Source: Bifidobacterium longum subsp. longum JCM 1217
GTDB taxonomy: Bacteria > Actinomycetota > Actinomycetes > Actinomycetales > Bifidobacteriaceae
Reading direction: 5' to 3'
Assembly: GCF_000196555.1 (NCBI RefSeq)
Contig: NC_015067.1
Span: 240,001 to 272,000 of the forward strand
Length of the DNA: 32,000 nt
Below the pieces are notes generated by a model. That model was not told where the DNA came from. It did not search any database and worked only from the letters and a program-made list of their open reading frames with translations. The position numbers and the translations under genes are program-made. Shown here one piece after another: positions 25,030 to 32,000 of this stretch (positions are counted from its first letter, which is position 1; each line of letters begins with the position of its first letter).

Positions 25030-26846
25030 CCAAGCCCACACGCGCTACGCCGGAATCAGGGTCGACCCCGCTTTCCAGCAGGGTCGACCCTATTCTGACG
25101 CCTGCGAAAGCCGAACGTGAGGCGGCGGCGAACCGGTCCGTCGACACGTCGGACACGCTCAAGCAGACCGTTACCAAGGCGACTCCGAGCGTATCCGACG
25201 AAACGCTGGCACTGTTCGGACGCAGGAACGATTTCGCCACGCGCTACCATCTGACGCGTCGTGGCAAGATCAAACGACTGGGGCAGATCACCAGAATCGT
25301 CGAGCAATTCGACGTGCTGCACGGCCTGACTCCGGTCAAAATGCGCCTCATGTTCGAGGCGCTCGGCCCCACGTTCGTCAAAGTGGGCCAGATTCTGTCG
25401 ATGCGCTCCGAGATTCTGCCGCAAAGCTTCTGCGACGAACTCGCCAAACTGCGCGCCGACGCCGACCCGATGCCGTATTCCACGGTGTTGGATGTGCTTG
25501 CCGCCGAATACGGGCGTCCCGCCGACGAGGTGTTCGCGCATATCGACCCCAAGCCGTTGGGCTCTGCTTCACTGGCGCAAGTGCATCGCGCCACGCTGAA
25601 AACCGGCGAAGATGTGGCCATTAAAGTGCAGCGCCCGGGTGTGCGCGAAACCATGGCCCAGGACGTCTCCATCATGCGCTCCATAGCCAAGGCCGCCACT
25701 AAGGTGATTCGCACCTCACAGATCGTGGACCTGAAGGGCGTGGTCGAGGAGCTGTGGGACACCTTCGAATCGGAGACTGACTTTCTGATTGAGGCCCGCA
25801 ACCTCGCCGAATTCAAGCGTTTCGCCGCCCGATTCAAATACATGGACTGCCCGACGGCGTACACCGAACTGTGCACCGAGCATGTGGTGGTCATGGAGTA
25901 CATCGACGGCATCTCCGTCTCCCACCCGGGCCGGCTCGTCGATGCTGGTTATGACTTGAAGGAGATCGGCACCAAGCTCGTCGACAATTACGCCACGCAG
26001 ATTCTCGACGACGGCTTCTTCCACGCTGACCCACATCCCGGCAATATCATCATCCGGGGCGGCCAGATCGTACTTATCGACCTCGGTATGACCGGTCGGC
26101 TCGACCAGCGCACCCGTGCAGTCCTCAAAGAAATGATTTTCGCCGTCGCCAAACAGGATTCGCCCGCTCTGGCCGAGGGGCTGCTGCGATTTGCCGGCAC
26201 CGAGGCCGATCCGGAGGACTACCCAGCACTGCTGGCTGATCTGGACGTGATCGTCAAGGAATTCGGCACTGTGGATCTGGCCGAACTGGACATTGCCGCC
26301 TTCCTGACCGCACTGACGCAGATGGCCGGCCGCCACAACATCGAGGTGCCCAGTACGGTGACCACCGTCGGCCGCGCGTTGGTTACGCTCGAAGGCTTGC
26401 TGGACGAGTTCATTCCTGATGTGAATATGATCGAAATCATTTCCGACCATATCGCCACGTCGAAATCGCTGAAGAACGCCACCAAAGACGAGATCAAGTC
26501 GCTGGGCGTTGAGGGACATCAGGCTTTGCATGCCACGCTCGGCACCATGACCGAACTCAAGACCGTGGCCCGTATGCTGACCCGTGGTCAGTTGCGCGTC
26601 AACATGGAACTGGTCGGCTCTGAAGAGCCGTTCCAGCTGCTTTCGGATATGGTGAATCGTCTGACGATGGCCCTGATTGTGGTCGGTTTGTTCGTTGGCT
26701 CGTCGATTGTCTACTACGCCGGCATGAAGCCGATTATCTTCGGCATTCCGGTCATCGGCTTCATGGGCTACGTCGTGGCCTTCGCCCTCGGCGTATGGAT
26801 CGTCATCGACATCTACTTAAAGGGGCGCAAAACCAAGAAGCGGTAG
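25026..26846 (+). CDS. ABC1/UbiB-family atypical protein kinase with two C-terminal TM helices
   Basis: GPTFVKVGQILSMRSEILP, LGSASLAQVHRATLKTGEDVAIKVQRPGV, FFHADPHPGNI and LIDLGMTGRL. There is a hydrophobic C-terminus. The GTG start overlaps the upstream stop (GTGA). The first 80 or so aa look disordered, so a later start is possible. Confidence 0.85.
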   Translation: MTKPTRATPESGSTPLSSRVDPILTPAKAEREAAANRSVDTSDTLKQTVTKATPSVSDETLALFGRRNDFATRYHLTRRGKIKRLGQITRIVEQFDVLHGLTPVKMRLMFEALGPTFVKVGQILSMRSEILPQSFCDELAKLRADADPMPYSTVLDVLAAEYGRPADEVFAHIDPKPLGSASLAQVHRATLKTGEDVAIKVQRPGVRETMAQDVSIMRSIAKAATKVIRTSQIVDLKGVVEELWDTFESETDFLIEARNLAEFKRFAARFKYMDCPTAYTELCTEHVVVMEYIDGISVSHPGRLVDAGYDLKEIGTKLVDNYATQILDDGFFHADPHPGNIIIRGGQIVLIDLGMTGRLDQRTRAVLKEMIFAVAKQDSPALAEGLLRFAGTEADPEDYPALLADLDVIVKEFGTVDLAELDIAAFLTALTQMAGRHNIEVPSTVTTVGRALVTLEGLLDEFIPDVNMIEIISDHIATSKSLKNATKDEIKSLGVEGHQALHATLGTMTELKTVARMLTRGQLRVNMELVGSEEPFQLLSDMVNRLTMALIVVGLFVGSSIVYYAGMKPIIFGIPVIGFMGYVVAFALGVWIVIDIYLKGRKTKKR

Positions 26847-26860
26847 GGCATCGATTGATA

Positions 26861-27883
26861 TCAGTCCAGCGGGAGGGTGGATTCGCGCTGGATAAGGTGG
26901 CAGGGTACGTAGTCGACACCGTGATGCGGGTTGCCGTCGATGGCATCGACCAAGTATCGTGCCGCACGCCGTCCGATGGTTTCGGTTTCGTTGTCGATCG
27001 ACGTCAGTGCGGGCCTCGAGCTGGAGGTCAGTACCGACCAGTTATCGTGGCCGATGACGGCGACGTCATCCGGGATGCGCAGTCCCTGCTGCTTGAGCAC
27101 GTCAATGCAGCCGCGGGCCAACTGATCGTTCTGGCAGACCACTGCATCGAACTTGACCCCTTGGTCGAGCAGCAGGCGGGTGGCGGCGCGGCCCCAGCCT
27201 TCGTCCCATTTGCCGTAACGAATTGGGCCGGCGGGTTCAATACCTAATTCGGAGAGTGCCTCGAGCGCGCCCTTGGTGCGGTCGGTGGCAGCGGTATAGG
27301 TTTCGTCGCCGCCGATAATGGCGATGTGCCGGCGGCCACACGAGATGAGATGGTTGATGGCCATGCGGCCGGCGTCCACGTTGTCGCAAGTGACCGAGCA
27401 GTCTTTGGGGTCGGTGGAGGGGCCGTAGACGTAGACCAGTGGCACGCCCCAGTCATGGCCAAGCGTGGGCCTGGGGTTGGTCTCGCACTGCACGATGAGC
27501 AGTCCGTCGACCTTGAGGGACAGCAGTTTCTCGACATGCTGACGTTCCAAGGCGGCGTCGCCACGAGCGTTGGCCAACAATACTGAGGTCGATTGGGCTC
27601 GCAACTCGTTCTCCGCGCCGATAAGAATCGGTGTGGAGAAACGACCCTGCAGATCGGAGGTGACCAGGCCGATAGTGCCGGTGGTGCCGCGGGCTAGGGA
27701 TTGAGCGAGTTTGTTGGGAGAGTAGTTGAGTTGCTTGGCGGCATCCAGTACACGCTGCTTGGTTTCTTCGCTGATACGGGGTTTGTTGTGCAGTGCCTTG
27801 GATGCAGTGGCCGTCGAGACTCCGGCCAATGCCGCCACATCCTCAAGTCGCGCTGCCCGTCCGGTTGCTGGCTGGGTCATCAT
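26861..27883 (-). CDS. LacI-family transcriptional regulator
   Basis: The HTH is RLEDVAALAGVSTATASKALHNKPRISEETKQRVLDAAKQLNYSPNKLAQSLARG, followed by a periplasmic-binding-protein-like sugar-binding domain. It is divergent from the sugar ABC operon. Confidence 0.9.
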   Translation of the reverse strand: MMTQPATGRAARLEDVAALAGVSTATASKALHNKPRISEETKQRVLDAAKQLNYSPNKLAQSLARGTTGTIGLVTSDLQGRFSTPILIGAENELRAQSTSVLLANARGDAALERQHVEKLLSLKVDGLLIVQCETNPRPTLGHDWGVPLVYVYGPSTDPKDCSVTCDNVDAGRMAINHLISCGRRHIAIIGGDETYTAATDRTKGALEALSELGIEPAGPIRYGKWDEGWGRAATRLLLDQGVKFDAVVCQNDQLARGCIDVLKQQGLRIPDDVAVIGHDNWSVLTSSSRPALTSIDNETETIGRRAARYLVDAIDGNPHHGVDYVPCHLIQRESTLPLD

Positions 27884-27988
27884 GCCTCGATTCCTTGGTT
27901 CTTCAGCAGTATATAGCGCATTGTTTTGCGATGAAATACCTCATACGGTGTGGTGCGCCATTGCATCTGGGAATAATTGTAGCTTCAA

Positions 27989-28004
27989 TGCGAAAACTTT
28001 CGCA
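27989..28004. promoter_or_regulatory. LacI-type operator candidate O1
   Basis: The 16-bp palindrome TGCGAAAA|CTTTCGCA (7 of 8 per half-site), 105 bp upstream of the lacI ATG. Confidence 0.5.
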
Positions 28005-28204
28005 AACATCTTTTTTTCGGCGTGGCGTAGTCAGGGAAATTGTTCAAGTGCAAGGTAAGTGAAAGAAAGCGTTACTTCCATGTTCGCTTTTGTTTGATTT
28101 GCTCGACACGCCGGAATAATCATTGATATTAAGCCAATTCAAGCACGTTATTCATAGTCGAATCACAGTCTCGAACCCGTTTGATGTGAGAAAAAACGCG
28201 AAAA

Positions 28205-28263
28205 TGCGAAAGCGCTTTTGCAAAAACTTCCATGTTCGTTTATATTGAGAAAAGGCTTTCGCA
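28205..28263 (+). promoter_or_regulatory. Promoter of the sugar ABC operon, flanked by operator candidates O2 and O3
   Basis: O2 is TGCGAAAGC|GCTTTTGCA (28205-28222) and overlaps the -35 TTGCAA (28218-28223). A 17-nt spacer leads to the -10 TATATT (28241-28246). O3 is TGAGAAAAG|GCTTTCGCA (28246-28263), immediately downstream. Confidence 0.5.
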
Positions 28264-28368
28264 GTGTTACCTGCTCCGGGCAAAGGAGCGAGCAGGGCGA
28301 AACCAAGGAGGCGGACCGTCCGCCACCGCCTCTCATAGTTGAGCGGATATATAGAGAAAGAAGCGAAC

Positions 28369-29694
28369 ATGGTGTCTTTCAATAAACTGACCCGTACTCT
28401 TGCTGGCATCGCTGCCGCCGCGTTGATCGTTCCGCTGGCCGCCTGTGGTGGCTCCGGCAATGGTGGCACTGCCACCGCCGAAGGTATCCCGGCCAAGGGC
28501 ACCGACGATGGTACCGAGATCACCCTGTGGACCCGTTCCCCTCTGGAGCGTCAGGCCAAGAACGTGGTCGAGGCTTACAACAAGAGCCACAAGAACCAGG
28601 TCAAGCTCGAGATCATCCCGAACGACGATATGGAAGGCAAGGTCGGCGGCGCTTCGCAGACCGACTCCCTGCCTGACATCCTCGCCGGCGACGTGGTCCG
28701 TATTCCGTACTGGGCTTCCGAGGGCATCTTCACCGACATCACCAAGCAAATCGATGGCCTGGACAACAAGGCCGACCTGCAGCAGGGCCACATCGAAGCC
28801 GGTACTGTTGACGGCGCCGAGTACACCCTGCCGTTCATCACTGACGTTTCCGTGATGGTCTGGAACAAGAACCTGTACAAGGAAGCCGGTCTGGACCCGG
28901 AGCAGGGTCCGAAGAGCATCGACCAGTTCGTCGAGCAGGCCAAGAAGGTCGCCGCCCTCAACAAGGATGGCGTCGCAGGCTCCTACCTCGCCGGTCAGTC
29001 CGGTGGTGCTCTGGTCTTCGACCTCTTCCCGTCCGTGTGGGCTGACGGCGAATCCGTCATGAACAAGGATGGCTCCGAGGCCACCCTGGACAACGACTCC
29101 ATGAAGGGCGTCTTGGACGCTTACAAGGAGCTGGCCAACACCACCAACGGCCTGGGTGCAGGCTCCAAGGAAGAGACCGGCGCCACCTGGACCGCTCCGT
29201 TCGCGAACGGCAAGATCGGTGTCATGCCTTACCCGAACACCTCCACCACTGCTCTGTTCGATGCTGAGAAGGACGGCGGCTTCGAGGTCGGCGTTGCTCC
29301 GATCCCGGGCACCAAGGAAGGCAAGACCTCCACGTTCCTCGGCGGCGATGCCATGGGTATCTCCAAGGACTCCAAGCACGTTGCTCAGGCCTGGAACTTC
29401 CTCTACTGGCTGATGCAGTCTGACGCTCAGAAGGAAGTCTTCGCTGACCAAGGCGACACCGCCTCCAACATCCAGACCCTGAAGACCGCTTACAAAGACG
29501 CTGACCCACGCATCCAGACCATCAACTCCGTGATTATCGACGGCAACGGCCAGACCCCGAAGTCCCCGGCCTTCAACGAAGCCTTCAACGCCGCTGGCTC
29601 CCCGTGGCAGCTGCTCGTGCAGAACGCCGTGTGGGGTTCCGGTGACCTCAAGGCCGACAACAAGGCCGTCACCGACGTCCTGTCTGCCCAGTGA
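28369..29694 (+). CDS. ABC transporter extracellular solute-binding lipoprotein (family 1, sugar)
   Basis: MVSFNKLTRTLAGIAAAALIVPLAACGGSG is a lipoprotein signal with lipobox LAAC. The body is typical of sugar SBPs. The track start at 28339 is a TTG, so ATG 28369 is preferred. Confidence 0.9.
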   Translation: MVSFNKLTRTLAGIAAAALIVPLAACGGSGNGGTATAEGIPAKGTDDGTEITLWTRSPLERQAKNVVEAYNKSHKNQVKLEIIPNDDMEGKVGGASQTDSLPDILAGDVVRIPYWASEGIFTDITKQIDGLDNKADLQQGHIEAGTVDGAEYTLPFITDVSVMVWNKNLYKEAGLDPEQGPKSIDQFVEQAKKVAALNKDGVAGSYLAGQSGGALVFDLFPSVWADGESVMNKDGSEATLDNDSMKGVLDAYKELANTTNGLGAGSKEETGATWTAPFANGKIGVMPYPNTSTTALFDAEKDGGFEVGVAPIPGTKEGKTSTFLGGDAMGISKDSKHVAQAWNFLYWLMQSDAQKEVFADQGDTASNIQTLKTAYKDADPRIQTINSVIIDGNGQTPKSPAFNEAFNAAGSPWQLLVQNAVWGSGDLKADNKAVTDVLSAQ

Positions 29695-29761
29695 TTCGGT
29701 GGTGATGCTCCTCACCATCACTCATCAAATCACAGCAATAACTGAATAACAACTGAACAGA

Positions 29762-29802
29762 TTGAGCCGGTCCCTCCCTTGTGAGGGCAGGAGCCGGCTC
29801 AA
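29762..29802 (+). other. Compound hairpin in the 287-bp SBP-permease spacer (possible mRNA stabiliser or partial terminator)
   Basis: TTGAGCCGG...CCGGCTCAA outer stem (9 bp) enclosing CCCTC-ccttgt-GAGGG. No U-tract. A roughly 45-nt CT-rich tract follows. Confidence 0.45.
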
Positions 29803-29981
29803 CCACATAATCGAACTTCTATCTTCTTCTTCATTCCTTCTCTTCCTTCATCACTACATACCTTATGAATGCGGTGTGTTGGCGGGGCTTCGGAGTCCTC
29901 CTTCCTCGAAGCCCTGACATCGGATTGCATTCGGATTCCGTGATTACCATTTCACAGTAATTTCCCAAAGGAGAGAGAAAC

Positions 29982-30908
29982 ATGTCGAGTGTTTCCAAGA
30001 GCGCCGGGGCTGTGCCCGTGCATAAGTCCAAGGCGAAGGCGGCGCAGACCAGGCGAGGTCTGCTGTACGCACTTCCGGACTGGCTGATGATTATCGTCCT
30101 GTTCTTCGTGCCGATTGTTCTACTGGTCGTCATGGCCTGCTCTCGTTGGAGCCTGCTGGGTGGCAACCGCGGCGTGAACTTCCCGGACAACTTCGTCAAG
30201 GTGTTCGAGAACAAATTGTTCTGGCCCTCGATTTGGTTCACGCTCGAGTACACCGTGATCGTCACGATCTTCCTGTTGGTCCTTGGCCTGGGCATGGCCA
30301 TGATCGTGCAGGAGAGCTCGAAGTGGAACAACGTGCTGCGTACCTGCTTCCTGCTGCCGTCCGCGACGGGCCTGGCGTCCGCGTCCCTGCTGTTCTACGC
30401 CCTGTATTCCCCGCAGGTGGGCCCTGTCACCAAGATTCTGAGCTCGTTGGGCCTGATGCAGGAGGGTGGTTCGGTGCTGGCCACTGGCCAGTCGGCCCTG
30501 TGGGCCACGATTATCGTGATTGTCTGGCGTTTCTCGGGCTACTACATGCTGCTGATGATGATCGGTCTGCAGGCCATCCCCGGTGATCTGTACGAGGCGG
30601 CCCGCATGGACGGCGCCGGTTCCTGGCGTATCTTCCGCTCCATCACCCTGCCGCTGATGAAGCCGACCATCGTGATGTGCCTGGTCTACTGCGTGACCGG
30701 CTCGATCCTCGCGTTCGATCAGTTCTTCATTCTGACCAAGGGTGGTCCGAACAACTCCACCATGACCGTGGTGCAGCTCATCTACAACTTCGCCTTCGAT
30801 TCCAAGAAGGATCTGGGTATGGCCGCGGCGCTCTCGCTGATCGTGCTGGTGGCCCTGGTCATCATCAACTCCATCCAGATGCGCGGCATGCGCGACAACA
30901 CCAAGTGA
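29982..30908 (+). CDS. Carbohydrate ABC transporter permease (MalF/UgpA-like)
   Basis: Six TM segments and the EAA-type loop YEAARMDGAGSWRIFRSITLPLMKP. AAAGGAGAG SD upstream. Confidence 0.9.
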   Translation: MSSVSKSAGAVPVHKSKAKAAQTRRGLLYALPDWLMIIVLFFVPIVLLVVMACSRWSLLGGNRGVNFPDNFVKVFENKLFWPSIWFTLEYTVIVTIFLLVLGLGMAMIVQESSKWNNVLRTCFLLPSATGLASASLLFYALYSPQVGPVTKILSSLGLMQEGGSVLATGQSALWATIIVIVWRFSGYYMLLMMIGLQAIPGDLYEAARMDGAGSWRIFRSITLPLMKPTIVMCLVYCVTGSILAFDQFFILTKGGPNNSTMTVVQLIYNFAFDSKKDLGMAAALSLIVLVALVIINSIQMRGMRDNTK

Positions 30909-30928
30909 GAAAGGGGAGGTAACACATT

Positions 30929-31747
30929 ATGACTACCCCATTGTGGAAGCGTATCATCGCCCGGATCCTCGAGGCCCTGCTGGCCATCATCTTCATCAGC
31001 CCGCTGGTCTGGGTCATCATCTGCTCGTTCAGCCCGCAGGCCGGTTCGGCCCAGTCCAAGGGCTGGGGCGTGGCCAACTACCTGACCCTGTTCGGTTATC
31101 AGGAAGGTCTGCCCAAGTACCTGTTCAACTCGGTAATCGTGACTCTGGTCGCGGTCGTGTTCTCCGTGGTCGTCTGTACGCTGGCCGGCTACTCGTTCTC
31201 CCGCTTCGACTACCCGGGCCGCAACCTCGGCTTCATGGTCACCCTGTCGATCCTGATGGTACCGTACGCCTCGCTGCTGATCCCGCTGATGGTCTGGTAC
31301 AAGCAGATCGGCCTGAACGACAGCCTGCTGGGCGTGGGCCTGGTCATCACCCTGTTCCAGCTGCCTATGAGCACGTTCATCATGCGCAACGCGTTCGACG
31401 CGATCCCCAAGGACATGGAGGAGGCCGCCATGGTCGACGGCTGCAACAGCCTCCAGGCCTTGTTCAAGATTCTGGTGCCGGTGGTCAAGCCTTCGATGGT
31501 TACGGTTGGCCTGCTCGCCTTCCTCGAGGCATGGAACAACTTCATGATTCCGCTGTACTTGAGCTCTTCGTCCAAGTCCACGCTGCCGCTGGCGATGGTG
31601 AACATGCGTCAGCAGACCATGGGCGTCATCGATTACGGTGCCACCGAGGCCGGCGTCGTGATCCTGCTGATTCCCTGCGCCATCCTGTTCCTCGCACTCC
31701 AGAAGTACTACGTCAAGGGCTTTATGGCTGGAGCCGTGAAGGGCTGA
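30929..31747 (+). CDS. Carbohydrate ABC transporter permease (MalG/UgpE-like)
   Basis: Six TM segments and the EAA loop MEEAAMVDGCNSLQALFKILVPVVKP. GGGGAGG SD upstream. Confidence 0.9.
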   Translation: MTTPLWKRIIARILEALLAIIFISPLVWVIICSFSPQAGSAQSKGWGVANYLTLFGYQEGLPKYLFNSVIVTLVAVVFSVVVCTLAGYSFSRFDYPGRNLGFMVTLSILMVPYASLLIPLMVWYKQIGLNDSLLGVGLVITLFQLPMSTFIMRNAFDAIPKDMEEAAMVDGCNSLQALFKILVPVVKPSMVTVGLLAFLEAWNNFMIPLYLSSSSKSTLPLAMVNMRQQTMGVIDYGATEAGVVILLIPCAILFLALQKYYVKGFMAGAVKG

Positions 31748-31749
31748 TC

Positions 31750-32000
31750 ATGAACGTTACAATCACTTCCCCGTTCTGGAAGCGGCGTCGCGACCAGATT
31801 GTCGAATCCGTCATCCCCTACCAGTGGGGCGTGATGAACGACGAGATCGACACCACGGTGCCCGACGACCCGGCCGGCAACCAGCTGGCTGACAGCAAAA
31901 GCCATGCGGTTGCCAACCTGAAGGTTGCCGCCGGCGAATTGGACGACGAATTCCACGGCATGGTGTTCCAGGATTCCGACGTCTACAAGTGGCTTGAGGA
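31750..32000 (+). CDS. hypBA1: GH127 (DUF1680) beta-L-arabinofuranosidase, N-terminal 83 codons; continues past window end
   Basis: Not in the ORF track because it has no stop in the window. Hand translation gives MNVTITSPFWKRRRDQIVESVIPYQWGVMNDEIDTTVPDDPAGNQLADSKSHAVANLKVAAGELDDEFHGMVFQDSDVYKWLE. The FQDSDVYKWLE motif and the overall N-terminus match my memory of B. longum HypBA1. The ATG is 2 nt after the permease stop. Confidence 0.8.
   Translation, partial: MNVTITSPFWKRRRDQIVESVIPYQWGVMNDEIDTTVPDDPAGNQLADSKSHAVANLKVAAGELDDEFHGMVFQDSDVYKWLE

Noticed and set aside
28333-29721. 462-aa minus-strand ORF
   Set aside because: It is antisense to the solute-binding lipoprotein gene and is a shadow frame.

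Overview
High-GC (about 60% by eye, not computed) actinobacterial chromosome segment. The gene content and several protein N-termini look like Bifidobacterium, probably the B. longum group; the last partial ORF matches my memory of the GH127 beta-L-arabinofuranosidase HypBA1. I support 25 protein genes, one tRNA-Lys, and a set of terminators, operators and repeats. Gene order: yhgE/pip-like membrane protein (partial, minus); CmpB-like membrane protein; gnd, convergent with zwf-opcA-pgl; tRNA-Lys; C69 dipeptidase; tetR-GT2 operon; ftsY-amt-glnB-glnD; a MATE efflux gene divergent from dnaB-murT-gatD; a small phasin-like gene coupled to an ABC1/UbiB kinase; lacI divergent from an ABC sugar importer (SBP plus two permeases) and GH127 hypBA1 (partial). 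The supplied ORF track omits both edge genes (1..2609 minus, 31750..32000 plus) because neither has a stop codon inside the window; I translated them by hand. Many long track ORFs are antisense or shadow frames typical of high-GC DNA, and several real genes start downstream of the track start. I see no CRISPR array, transposase, integrase, phage genes or recognisable defence or toxin modules, so I cannot honestly claim a new multi-gene system here. The signals most worth a second look are non-genic or architectural: (1) eight phased DnaA-box-like sites between the MATE gene and dnaB; (2) the last 8 codons plus stop of gnd repeated three times within hairpin units that show compensatory stem substitutions; (3) a 33-nt hairpin inside the murT coding region, related to an intergenic element downstream of ftsY and sitting where other MurT proteins carry a Cys4 zinc ribbon; (4) a translationally coupled phasin-like/UbiB-kinase pair in a lineage thought to lack quinones; (5) a 42-bp palindrome between opcA and pgl; (6) GlnR-like phased AAC boxes upstream of amt.
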